Below, piece after piece: positions 40,778 to 48,590 of a stretch of DNA of 64,000 bases. Source of the DNA: a virus; IMG/VR virus record IMGVR_UViG_3300035687_000001, one strand, 5' to 3'. The notes beneath the pieces were generated by a model. That model was not told where the DNA came from, did not search any database, and saw only the letters and a list, made by a program, of their open reading frames with translations. How positions within the stretch are numbered: position 1 is the stretch's first letter; the number at the start of each line of letters is the position of its first letter. The translations under genes and the position numbers were made by a program.

Positions 40778-40829
40778 CCTCCAGGTAGGTCGGTGAGACC
40801 TTGACCCTACCCGATCGGGTAGGGTCAAG
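40778..40829 (-). promoter_or_regulatory. promoter/operator/leader cassette P23 (perfect 30-bp palindrome)
   Basis: Variant box cctccaggtagg 40778-40789; cttgaccctacccga/tcgggtagggtcaag 40800-40829 with TTGACC on both arms; no well-spaced -10. Confidence 0.45.
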
Positions 40830-40852
40830 ACTGGACAGAAGCTGGACAGTTA

Positions 40853-41008
40853 CTAGCGGTTGTCCGGCAGCTGCACCTCGGTCCAATGCGGCTGCGCTGC
40901 ATCGACGGTGTTGTCCCGCCCAGTGATGGTGTCGAACTCGGTGATGCCGAACTCGTCCTCCCACGCGATTTCCTCGCGGGTGGGCGAAAGCCAGACTCTG
41001 CGGATCAT
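40853..41008 (-). CDS. hypothetical protein (51 aa)
   Basis: ATG 41008 6 nt after CCTGGAGG; MIRRVWLSPTREEIAWEDEFGITEFD..; below track cutoff. Confidence 0.5.
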   Translation of the reverse strand: MIRRVWLSPTREEIAWEDEFGITEFDTITGRDNTVDAAQPHWTEVQLPDNR

Positions 41009-41027
41009 GCTGACCTCCAGGGATAGA

Positions 41028-41064
41028 CCGGACGGGGCGGGAAGAGAATTGCCGCCCCGTCCGG
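41028..41064 (-). terminator. hairpin terminator after ArdC-like gene
   Basis: 13-bp stem ccggacggggcgg/ccgccccgtccgg, 11-nt loop. Confidence 0.65.
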
Positions 41065-41069
41065 AGCTT

Positions 41070-42017
41070 TCAGGCGGCCGTGGTGGCCTGCTCGTCGGTC
41101 TCCTCGGTCTTGGCCTGCTCGCGGCCGAGGATCATGTCAGCGGCCTTCTGGGCCTTCCCGGCGGCCACGATGATCGCGCGCGGGTCCTCCTTGATCGTCT
41201 TGATCCAGGAGGCCAGGTAGGCGGCCGAGTTGTCGAGAGTGGCCTGGATGCCGGTCTCGGCGCAGAGGAACGCGGCGCCCATCTCGGCGATCAGCTCCTC
41301 GCGGCCGTAGGCGTGGCTGCCGAAGGCGTTGCCCCGGCTCTCCTTACGGTCCAGGCGGTGCTCGGCGGCGGTCGAGTGGGTCAGCTCGTGGAAGAGGGTC
41401 GCGTGGTACTCGTCGAGCCCCTTGAAGCTCTCCACCGGCGGCATCGTGAGCACGTCCGTGGACCAGGTGAAGTGGGCCGAGTCGCCGCCGTGCTCAATGA
41501 CCGGCTTGGCGGCCCAGGCGTCCACCACGGACTGCGCGGCCGCGTGGCGCTCTTCGGCACTGGGGACCGGGCGGGCGACCGGGAAGGCGTCCTTGGGCAG
41601 CTTCTCGATGCCCTCGGTCTGGTCCAGGTTGAACAGGTAGAAGTGCTTGAGCAGCGGGATCATCTTCTTCTTGCCGGTCGCCTCGTCCTCGATCGGCAGC
41701 AGCTTCCAGAAGGTGACCAGGGTGCCCTTCTGCGTGCCCTTCTCGCCCTTCAGGCGGCCGCCAAGCTTGGCCATCTGGTTGAAGGTCAGCCAGTACGCGC
41801 TGCGGTAGTTCTTCTCGGCCTGCTCCAGGCCCAGCAGGATGGCGTTGACGCCCCGGTAGGCCTTGCGCGAGGAGAACGACTTCGGCGCGCCGGTGACGCT
41901 GTCCCACGGCTTGCTCCACGGCGCGGTGCCGTTCTCCAGCGCGGCCAGGATCTTGGTGGTGACGACGTCGTAGACATCGACCTTGGGCTTGCGGGTGGCG
42001 GTGGTCTTCGCGGCCAT
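41070..42017 (-). CDS. ardC: ArdC-type anti-restriction protein (ssDNA-binding N-domain + zincin metalloprotease domain)
   Basis: Track ORF; N-terminal DVYDVVTTKILAALENGTAPWSKPW and C-terminal HELTHSTAAEHRLDR motifs. Confidence 0.85.
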   Translation of the reverse strand: MAAKTTATRKPKVDVYDVVTTKILAALENGTAPWSKPWDSVTGAPKSFSSRKAYRGVNAILLGLEQAEKNYRSAYWLTFNQMAKLGGRLKGEKGTQKGTLVTFWKLLPIEDEATGKKKMIPLLKHFYLFNLDQTEGIEKLPKDAFPVARPVPSAEERHAAAQSVVDAWAAKPVIEHGGDSAHFTWSTDVLTMPPVESFKGLDEYHATLFHELTHSTAAEHRLDRKESRGNAFGSHAYGREELIAEMGAAFLCAETGIQATLDNSAAYLASWIKTIKEDPRAIIVAAGKAQKAADMILGREQAKTEETDEQATTAA

Positions 42018-42022
42018 GGTGT

Positions 42023-42088
42023 CCTCCGGTGCGGACTGTGTTCTTTGCTGACAAGACCCACACTACCCATTTAGGTAGTGTGGGTCAA
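42023..42088 (-). promoter_or_regulatory. promoter/operator/leader cassette P24 (extended-palindrome subfamily)
   Basis: Box 42023-42034; leader hairpin 42042-42056; 32-bp palindrome 42055-42086; TTGACC(42083-42088)-17-TAGTGT(42060-42065). Confidence 0.65.
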
Positions 42089-42117
42089 GGGGTGGAGCGG
42101 AAGAAATCTGCGAGCGG

Positions 42118-42351
42118 TCAGCCCGCGTTGATGTGCTCGTGCACGATGCCCTGCTTGACGCGGGGTCCCGCCGTGCCGATCTTCTGGAGCTTCGCCTTCC
42201 CGTGCGCCCAGACCTCCGGCGACTGGTCGCCACGCGTGCCCTTCGCCAGCTCGCGAGCGAGCTTCGGCGTGGCCGCCGCCACGACGAGCGACGCCATCTC
42301 GTCGTGGTCGACTTTGTCTGCCGGGCGCTCGATCAGGTAGAGATTCAGCAT
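42118..42351 (-). CDS. hypothetical protein (77 aa)
   Basis: Track ORF. Confidence 0.7.
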   Translation of the reverse strand: MLNLYLIERPADKVDHDEMASLVVAAATPKLARELAKGTRGDQSPEVWAHGKAKLQKIGTAGPRVKQGIVHEHINAG

Positions 42352-42372
42352 GTCGGATCCCTTCGTGGAAGT

Positions 42373-42399
42373 GGCGGGACGCCGGTGTGGCGTCCCGCC
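42373..42399 (-). terminator. hairpin terminator after CDS 42406..42774
   Basis: 11-bp stem ggcgggacgcc/ggcgtcccgcc, 5-nt loop. Confidence 0.7.
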
Positions 42400-42405
42400 C
42401 GGGGG

Positions 42406-42774
42406 TCAGCGGCCCTGGAGGCTGAGGTAGTAGCGCTCGCGGGCGTCCTCTTCGAGGTCCTCGGCGGTCGGCGCACGGAAGGCGCCCTCGAAGTACATCT
42501 CGGTGCGGCGCTCGGCCAGCATCTCGGCGCGGGCCTCGGCCTCCGCGTCGTAGTTCACGCCGAAGCAGTAGCGCACGTGCTCGACGGTGGCGTGACGGAT
42601 GACGTCACGGATCTTGACCTGCCCAGCGTCCCACTCGGCGCGGCGAGCGTGCTGGGTGCACGAGCCGCACACGATGCCGGTGAGCGTGGCGTCCGGCAGT
42701 TCCGCGTAGGCGCCGCGACCCTCCAGCTGATCGATGGGGCGGGCCTGGCTGGCGGGGATTGCGGTGCGGGTCAT
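42406..42774 (-). CDS. hypothetical protein (122 aa)
   Basis: Track ORF; first gene after cassette P25. Confidence 0.75.
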   Translation of the reverse strand: MTRTAIPASQARPIDQLEGRGAYAELPDATLTGIVCGSCTQHARRAEWDAGQVKIRDVIRHATVEHVRYCFGVNYDAEAEARAEMLAERRTEMYFEGAFRAPTAEDLEEDARERYYLSLQGR

Positions 42775-42779
42775 TCTGG

Positions 42780-42845
42780 CCTCCGGTGCGGCGCTCGCTT
42801 CGTGCTGACGTGAGGAAGCCTACCTACCCATTCGGGTAGTGTCAA
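42780..42845 (-). promoter_or_regulatory. promoter/operator/leader cassette P25 (-35-like hexamer abutting core)
   Basis: Box 42780-42791; leader hairpin gcttc..gaagc 42797-42819; core 42824-42839; TTGACA(42840-42845)-17-TAGGCT(42817-42822). Confidence 0.55.
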
Positions 42846-43040
42846 CTACCAGGGTGCCCGGGGTCGAGGAAGAACGCGCAGGCCCTGACGCAAGATCCCC
42901 GGCGGCAGGGGGCTGATGGTCATCAGCCACATCACCAGGACGGTGAGAACCCAGGCCAGCTGATGGGTCAGCCGGAGCAGCATCAGGACGCTCCAGCCGA
43001 CCCACCTCGCGACGTAGAGCGTGAACAGGTCGTCGTACAC
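42846..43040 (-). CDS. small membrane protein (64 aa)
   Basis: GTG 43040 2 nt after stop of 43043..43486; VYDDLFTLYVARWVGWSVLMLLRLTHQLAWVLTVLVMWLM.. Confidence 0.55.
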   Translation of the reverse strand: MYDDLFTLYVARWVGWSVLMLLRLTHQLAWVLTVLVMWLMTISPLPPGILRQGLRVLPRPRAPW

Positions 43041-43042
43041 GG

Positions 43043-43486
43043 TCAGGCCTTCATCGCGGCCTGCGCCTTGAGCCGGTAGCCCAGACGAGCCTGGGGGGAC
43101 AGCCCCTTCCAGATGGCGCTCCACATCTCGTCGTCGCACGCGAACTCACCCCGGAGCGTCACCCGGGCGATCGCCTGCGCAGCGGCCTCCAGCTGCTCCG
43201 AGTCCAGAGCGGCGTCGATGCGATCGGCCTTCGGTGCCTCGACGCCCGCCGCGAGCAGGCTGTTGAGGTGGATCTTCAGCATGGTCTCGGCAGTCTCCTG
43301 CGCGGCCGCCTCCGTAGCGTGCTCGGTGGTCTGCTTGATCCCGGGCAGGTTGGCCTTCAGCTGCCACGGGGTGTCCGACCCGCGCACCATGCCGTAGATA
43401 GTGCTGAACACCCGGGTCTTGCCGACATAGCCGTACTTGACGCTGTAGCCACCCTGCTTCCACGTGATGGCGGTCGTCTGCTTCAT
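43043..43486 (-). CDS. hypothetical protein (147 aa), ITW-family paralog
   Basis: ATG 43486 6 nt after GGAGG of cassette P26; MKQTTAITWKQGGYSVKYGYVGKTRVF. Confidence 0.7.
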   Translation of the reverse strand: MKQTTAITWKQGGYSVKYGYVGKTRVFSTIYGMVRGSDTPWQLKANLPGIKQTTEHATEAAAQETAETMLKIHLNSLLAAGVEAPKADRIDAALDSEQLEAAAQAIARVTLRGEFACDDEMWSAIWKGLSPQARLGYRLKAQAAMKA

Positions 43487-43492
43487 GATCTG

Positions 43493-43554
43493 CCTCCGGT
43501 GCGGCTCGGTGCTTGACGGGGTTGACGGTACCCTACCCGAATGGGTAGTGTCAA
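43493..43554 (-). promoter_or_regulatory. promoter/operator/leader cassette P26 (-35-like hexamer abutting core)
   Basis: Box 43493-43504; tandem TTGACGG x2 in leader (43512-43528); core 43533-43548; TTGACA(43549-43554)-18-TACCGT(43525-43530). Confidence 0.55.
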
Positions 43555-43730
43555 CTCGACAGCTCCAGAGAGTCGTACTCCACCGCCACGCGCTTGCCGT
43601 CCACGATGAGTGCGGCCATGTCGATGCCGTGGCGGCCGTGGGAGAAGCTGCCCAGGTAGGTGCCCTCCACCCGGTCGCCGGTCTCCGGCACGATACCCGC
43701 CACCTCGGTGCCGATGTCCGGTTCACGCAC
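43551..43730 (-). CDS. hypothetical protein (59 aa)
   Basis: GTG 43730 overlaps end of 43723..43914 by 8 nt; VREPDIGTEVAGIVPETGDRVEGTYLG..; high GC3; below track cutoff. Confidence 0.5.
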   Translation of the reverse strand: MREPDIGTEVAGIVPETGDRVEGTYLGSFSHGRHGIDMAALIVDGKRVAVEYDSLELSS

Positions 43731-43914
43731 GAGGAGGCACCTCGATCCAGTCCTCGACGATGATGATGCGGCGCTGGTACACCCTGCCGCCGTCCCGCTG
43801 CTTGTGCGTGATCCACTCCGTGAGCGGGTAGACCTGCTCCACCTCCGGATCGTTCGGCCGGACCGCCATCGAGCCTCCGGACATCACGATGGCGTGCTCG
43901 GTGACCTCAGCCAC
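43723..43914 (-). CDS. hypothetical protein (63 aa)
   Basis: GTG 43914 overlaps end of 43907..44476 by 8 nt; alt ATG 43869 4 nt after GGAGG. Confidence 0.5.
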   Translation of the reverse strand: MAEVTEHAIVMSGGSMAVRPNDPEVEQVYPLTEWITHKQRDGGRVYQRRIIIVEDWIEVPPRA

Positions 43915-44476
43915 GGCTGGCCGCCCAGCCCTCAAGGACATCCCACAGAGCCCGCTCGCGGCACCAGACCGTGTCGATGACGTCCAGGTTCGCCGCGTTG
44001 TCCAGGTCGTGCTGAGCGGCCGAGGAGATGTAGGGGAGGCAGTTGTCAGTGGTCCACCGGCCGCCGGTGACCACCACACCGTCCTCCTTGGACAGTGGCT
44101 CGTCGTGGAGCAGGCTATCCAGCACGAGCATCCCGGCGCCCTCCAGGTGACGCCGGAACTCCAGCATGTCGACCCGGGCCAGGTAGCCGCTGACGTACGC
44201 GCGCTGTTCGACCACCACACCGTTGATCTCCCACCGGCCGCCGGGCTGACTCTGGTGGGTGAAGAACCCGGCGGTGTTCACTCGCGCGAGCATGGACAGC
44301 AGCGGCACGGTCTCGGGGTCCGGCACGTCGTAGCCACTCGGGTGCGAGCCCAGCTCACCTCTGGCCCACTTGGCGCTGCGCAGGGCCAGATCGTCGAGGC
44401 TCTGAGCTTGACGCCAGTCGCGGTACTGCCCCCAGCGATACTTGACGTCTGCCCAGGCTTCCTTCAAGTCGATCAT
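43907..44476 (-). CDS. hypothetical protein (189 aa)
   Basis: Track ORF, normal composition. Confidence 0.75.
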   Translation of the reverse strand: MIDLKEAWADVKYRWGQYRDWRQAQSLDDLALRSAKWARGELGSHPSGYDVPDPETVPLLSMLARVNTAGFFTHQSQPGGRWEINGVVVEQRAYVSGYLARVDMLEFRRHLEGAGMLVLDSLLHDEPLSKEDGVVVTGGRWTTDNCLPYISSAAQHDLDNAANLDVIDTVWCRERALWDVLEGWAASRG

Positions 44477-44901
44477 CCGAATCCCTTCTCGGCGTAGATG
44501 CGCAGCTGGTCCTCCAGCGCGTGCGAGACGCTGTGACGGCTGGCCAGGATGGCCGCCTTCGCCTCGTCGTACGGTGCGCGCGGCACGATGAAGCGCAGCC
44601 GGGCGCGGGGCGTCTTGGCGCGGAACGGCGGGCGCCGCGCGGGGTCGTACTGCGGGTCCGGCCGAGCCTCGGCGGCGGCCGCGAACAGCAAGGCGCGAGC
44701 GACGGCGGCGTAGTCCACTCCGTCGCTCTCCGCGCGCTTGCTGGCGAGCCGGTTCACTTCCGCGTCGAGCAGGATGTCCGCCTCGAAGGTCTCCTGCGCC
44801 GGGTCGATGCCGTGCTGAGCCAGGATCTTCGAGAACGTGGCCTGAATTCGGGCCACCTGCGCATAGCCGCGTGCGTACCGGCCGATGCGTTCGATCGTCA
44901 C
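44473..44901 (-). CDS. hypothetical protein (142 aa)
   Basis: GTG 44901 in GTGA overlap; VTIERIGRYARGYAQVARIQ.. Confidence 0.65.
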   Translation of the reverse strand: MTIERIGRYARGYAQVARIQATFSKILAQHGIDPAQETFEADILLDAEVNRLASKRAESDGVDYAAVARALLFAAAAEARPDPQYDPARRPPFRAKTPRARLRFIVPRAPYDEAKAAILASRHSVSHALEDQLRIYAEKGFG

Positions 44902-45341
44902 GCCTTGGCGTCCTCGGTCAGCTCGTCCTCGACGGCCATGCCGACACGTTCCACGGTGGCCACCTCCCAACTCAACGTGTAGGCGCCGTAGAGCTTCTCC
45001 ACGTGCTCCTTGGCCAGCTTCACCGCCTCGACATGATCGCGCGGCGGCCAGGTGACAAAGGTCGTGACGTAGCCGTCCATGAAGGTCACCCGCCAGATCT
45101 CCTTGTCCTTCTGGGTCTGGTGGTTCCAGGTCACGTCCCGGGGCTGCAAGGGCAGGCGCTCGCCGTTGCCCTGCGCCTTGGAGGTCCACTCCAGACTCGC
45201 GCGCCGCTGGTTCGCGGCCTTGGGGCCGGTGTGCTTGGCGACGAACTCGGCGGACCCGTCGAAGATCCGCCAGAACTCCTTGGCCATCTGCGCCAGGATG
45301 CTCGGGCCCTTCTTCTTCGGCCGCTTCTTCGGCTTGGCCAT
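44898..45341 (-). CDS. hypothetical protein with basic N-terminus (147 aa)
   Basis: Track ORF; MAKPKKRPKKKG; ATG 45341 after CCCCTGGAGGG box variant; no canonical cassette upstream. Confidence 0.75.
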   Translation of the reverse strand: MAKPKKRPKKKGPSILAQMAKEFWRIFDGSAEFVAKHTGPKAANQRRASLEWTSKAQGNGERLPLQPRDVTWNHQTQKDKEIWRVTFMDGYVTTFVTWPPRDHVEAVKLAKEHVEKLYGAYTLSWEVATVERVGMAVEDELTEDAKA

Positions 45342-45387
45342 GATCCCTCCAGGGGTGGTTCAGGATTGCGTTCTCGCAGGGTATGTT

Positions 45388-45406
45388 ACCCCGTAGCCTA
45401 CGGGGT
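45388..45406. promoter_or_regulatory. 19-bp palindrome ACCCCGTAG-C-CTACGGGGT in divergent control region
   Basis: 9+1+9 perfect inverted repeat between divergent CDS 44898..45341 (-) and 45422..45691 (+); TATCCT at 45410-45415 ends 6 nt before ATG 45422. Confidence 0.45.
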
Positions 45407-45421
45407 GAGTATCCTACGGTC

Positions 45422-45691
45422 ATGACTTACGACTCCGAGCGTGACGAGACCCCGAGCTACGAGGGCGAGGTGACCGAGGTCCGTGAGGGCATGCGCCTGC
45501 GGACCAAGGTCGTCATCGGCGCGCTCGGCGCCGGGGTCGGACTGGCAGCGACCGGGAACTGGATGCTGCTGATCATGCTGATCTGCGCCTACGTGACCTG
45601 GATGTTCGTGCGGACGTGGCTGGAGAAGCGCCGTCGGGACCGGACCTGGCGAGACGGCGGCGGAACGATCGAGCGAGGAGGGATCCTGTGA
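45422..45691 (+). CDS. small membrane protein (89 aa)
   Basis: ATG 45422 (MTYDSERDE..), two adjacent TM helices VVIGALGAGVGLAATGNWMLLIMLICAYVTWMF; no SD, possibly leaderless; GTGA-coupled to next CDS. Confidence 0.6.
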   Translation: MTYDSERDETPSYEGEVTEVREGMRLRTKVVIGALGAGVGLAATGNWMLLIMLICAYVTWMFVRTWLEKRRRDRTWRDGGGTIERGGIL

Positions 45692-46494
45692 AGCTGCCCG
45701 ATGGCGGCAAGCTCGTGTCCTGGGCGGGCTTCATCTTCGGCACGGCGGTGTCGGTCGCCGCGAACGTGCTGGCCGCCCGGATCCCGCCGGATCACGCCGC
45801 GCCGGACTGGGCGCCCCGCATTGACACCCAGCTGGGCTCGGCCGTGTGGCCGCTGGCTCTGCTGCTCTCGATCGAGGTGCTCGCCCGGGTCGCCTGGCCC
45901 AAGGGCCTCTGGTGGAGCGTCGCGCGCTTCGGCGGCCTGAGCATCGTGGCCAGCGGCGCGTTCGTCATCTCCTACCAGCACATCAACCACGTGCTGGCCT
46001 CGTGGGGTTACGAGTGGCTGAGTCAGGGCGTCGGCCCGCTGGTGATCGACGGCCTGATGGTCATCTGCGGTGTGGCGATGCTGGCCAAGCCGGGCACGCT
46101 GCGCAAGCTGCTCGCGGGCAAGGACGAGCCGGAGCAGGACGTCACCCCCAAGGCCCCGAAGTCGATGCTGCGGCCGGTGAACGAGTCGAACATCGTCGGT
46201 CTGGGCAAGCCCTCGCCTGCCGAGGAGTCGCTGACCCTGGCCGACCTGGAGCACGACGTCCCGGTGCAGCGCACCAACGGCCACCGGGTGTCGACCGCGC
46301 TGAAGAGCGGCCCGAAGGCGCCCGCGCGCCGGACGTCGGGCAAGAGCGACGAGGAGATCGCCGCCGTGCTGCGCGCGGAGATCGAGCGCCGGGAGAGCCC
46401 GGACCTCACCAAGCGTGGCGTGATGACGCGATTCGGCATCGGCGCGCCGCGCTGGGCCCAGATCACCGAGCTGCTGAAGAAGGAGGAGTCGTGA
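45688..46494 (+). CDS. DUF2637-like membrane protein with C-terminal HTH-like tail
   Basis: GTG 45688 5 nt after GAGGAGGG; four TM helices, AFVISYQHINHVLASWGY..GPLVIDGLMV signature; track ORF 45616..46494 trimmed. Confidence 0.75.
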   Translation: MKLPDGGKLVSWAGFIFGTAVSVAANVLAARIPPDHAAPDWAPRIDTQLGSAVWPLALLLSIEVLARVAWPKGLWWSVARFGGLSIVASGAFVISYQHINHVLASWGYEWLSQGVGPLVIDGLMVICGVAMLAKPGTLRKLLAGKDEPEQDVTPKAPKSMLRPVNESNIVGLGKPSPAEESLTLADLEHDVPVQRTNGHRVSTALKSGPKAPARRTSGKSDEEIAAVLRAEIERRESPDLTKRGVMTRFGIGAPRWAQITELLKKEES

Positions 46495-48548
46495 GCGGAG
46501 AGTCAAAGGGGGTGGTGAAGGAGATCCTCGGCACGGCGGGCGGAGTCCTCGTTGCCGAGGGGATCGGGCGGGGGTGGAAGCGCGGCCGCAGGCTGATGTT
46601 CCGCTGGCGGCGCGCGCTCACCCCGCTGTGGTTCGGGTTCCTGATCTTCCTCACCTGCGTCATCTGGCGCTGGCAGATCCCGCAGTGGTGGCCGGTCGTG
46701 CTGACCGTGCCGGTCGGCGGCCTGCTGCTGGCGATCTTCGGGCCGAAGCTGTCGGACCGCTGGTCCCGGGTGGCGATGGCGTTGGTGCCCAGCGGGCTCG
46801 ACAAGGGCAAGGACGGGGTGCTGGACCGGCTCGTGGAGCGGGTCTACTTCGGCACCTTGACGACCTACATCGGCACCTACATGGTCCTGCGGATCGTGGA
46901 CGGCTCCAGCTCGTTCTCGGGCTGGATGTGGCAGCTCGGCGTGGCGGGCTTCGGCGGCGCCTGGTGGTACCACCGCCGGGTGCGGGTCGCCGGGCGCGCC
47001 GACCGATTCGCGAAGAAGTGGCCGAAGCTGTCCGACAAGACGACCTGCCCGCCCCGGCTCGTGCCGCTGGTCAACTCGAAGGTGGTCGACGCGCGGGCGT
47101 ACGGGAAGACCTCGAAGCTGAAGATCCGGCTCGGCGAGGGCCACACCGTGGACTCGGTGGCGCACCTACGTGACGCGCTGGCGAGCTTCTTCGGCATGCG
47201 GCCGCAGTCGGTGTTCATCGCGCCGGACGAGGATCAGGCTCGCAATGTGATGATCACGTTCCTGCCGAAGGACCCCTGGAGCGGCAAGATCGCGCACCCG
47301 GTCTTCACCGGCGACGTCAAGCCGGGCGAGACCAGCCTGAAGTCGATGGGCAAGCGCTTCGCCATGGGTCTGTACGCCCACGGCGAACGCATCATGTACC
47401 AGCTCCAGCACACGCTCGTCGTCGGCGCGTCCGGCTCGGGCAAGTCGGGCTGGCTGCACTCACTGATGACGTGGCTGGTCAGCTTCTGCGACGTCGTGGT
47501 GGTCGGCATCGACATGGCCGCCGGGGCGACCCTGGGCGTCTGGCGCAAGACCCTGGCGCTCCCGCTCGCCGAGGAGATCGACGCGGCGATCATCATCCTG
47601 GAGCGCGTCTTCGGCGTGATCCGGGACCGGGAGGCCCGGCTGGGTCTGGCCTCGGAAGACGACGATGACGCCGAGGACAGCTTCGAGCCCTCGCGTAAGA
47701 CCCCGTGGCTGATCCTGGTGATCGACGAGTTCCCGGACCTGCTGGCCGAGGCGAAGGCGACCACGAAGTACAACGAAGACGGCAAGGCCGACGGCAACTA
47801 CCTGGCCTACGTCATCGCCCTGCTGTCGCGCATCGCGAAGAAGGCGCGCAAGTGCGGGGTCCGGATCGTCATCGCCTCTCAGAACGGGACCAAGGCGGAC
47901 CTGGGCTCGAAGGAGATGCAGGCCCAGCTGCGCGCGATCGTGGGTCTGAGCCTGGACCCGCAGCAGTCGAAGAACCTCTGGCAGAACGACATGCACCGGG
48001 GCTGGAACTCGACGAACCTACGGGACGGCCAGTTCCTCCTGAAGGACGACGAGCACGGGACTCCGGACCCGGGCAAGGGGTACTGGGTCGAGAACAAGGA
48101 CCGCCGGGACCTCGTCAAGAAGGTGGCGCCGAAGGGGTACCGCGAGGTCTATCTGGAACCGACCGCGTGGGCCATCCTCACCGGCGAGGTCGAGCCCGAG
48201 ACCGTCGAGGGTGAAGTCATCGCGGAGGAGACCTTCGGTCCCGAGTACGCGGTCCTGGAGTACCTCCGGGTCGAGGCCAAGGACGGGGCGAAGGTGGAGA
48301 CCATCTCCGACGTCCTGACCCGGGCCAAGGAGGAGACCGGCGGGTCCGGGCCCGGTACCAGCCGGGCGACGATCTACCGGCACCTGGAGAAGCTGGAGAA
48401 GGGCGAGCTGGTCATCCGCAACGGCGGCGGCGAGGGCTTCTGGAAGGCGGCCGCTGTCACGACCACCACGCCGGTGCCCGAGCCCCGTACGGAGATCGAG
48501 GGGCCGGTGGTGATCGCCAGCATCCAGGGCGAGGCGATGGCGGAGTAG
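46491..48548 (+). CDS. TraB/FtsK/SpoIIIE-family DNA translocase (N-terminal TM, ATPase, C-terminal wHTH)
   Basis: GTG 46491 after AAGGAGGA, GTGA-coupled; Walker A GASGSGKSG, Walker B LILVIDEFPDL, VRIVIASQ; C-terminal SRATIYRHLEKLEKGELV wHTH; track ORF 45846..48548 trimmed. Confidence 0.85.
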   Translation: MSGESKGVVKEILGTAGGVLVAEGIGRGWKRGRRLMFRWRRALTPLWFGFLIFLTCVIWRWQIPQWWPVVLTVPVGGLLLAIFGPKLSDRWSRVAMALVPSGLDKGKDGVLDRLVERVYFGTLTTYIGTYMVLRIVDGSSSFSGWMWQLGVAGFGGAWWYHRRVRVAGRADRFAKKWPKLSDKTTCPPRLVPLVNSKVVDARAYGKTSKLKIRLGEGHTVDSVAHLRDALASFFGMRPQSVFIAPDEDQARNVMITFLPKDPWSGKIAHPVFTGDVKPGETSLKSMGKRFAMGLYAHGERIMYQLQHTLVVGASGSGKSGWLHSLMTWLVSFCDVVVVGIDMAAGATLGVWRKTLALPLAEEIDAAIIILERVFGVIRDREARLGLASEDDDDAEDSFEPSRKTPWLILVIDEFPDLLAEAKATTKYNEDGKADGNYLAYVIALLSRIAKKARKCGVRIVIASQNGTKADLGSKEMQAQLRAIVGLSLDPQQSKNLWQNDMHRGWNSTNLRDGQFLLKDDEHGTPDPGKGYWVENKDRRDLVKKVAPKGYREVYLEPTAWAILTGEVEPETVEGEVIAEETFGPEYAVLEYLRVEAKDGAKVETISDVLTRAKEETGGSGPGTSRATIYRHLEKLEKGELVIRNGGGEGFWKAAAVTTTTPVPEPRTEIEGPVVIASIQGEAMAE

Positions 48549-48552
48549 GGCC

Positions 48553-48566
48553 GTTTGCGCAGGTCA
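48553..48566 (-). repeat. TGACCTGCGCAAAC repeat, inverted copy
   Basis: Plus strand gtttgcgcaggtca; exact reverse complement of 48674-48687. Confidence 0.7.
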
Positions 48567-48590
48567 ACGGCCCATGAGCGGCTTAGAGTG

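Noticed and set aside
45589-46506. 305-aa minus-strand ORF antisense to the DUF2637-like gene
   Set aside because: Its composition is R/G/H-rich. The plus-strand frame gives coherent TM helices and translational coupling with its neighbours.
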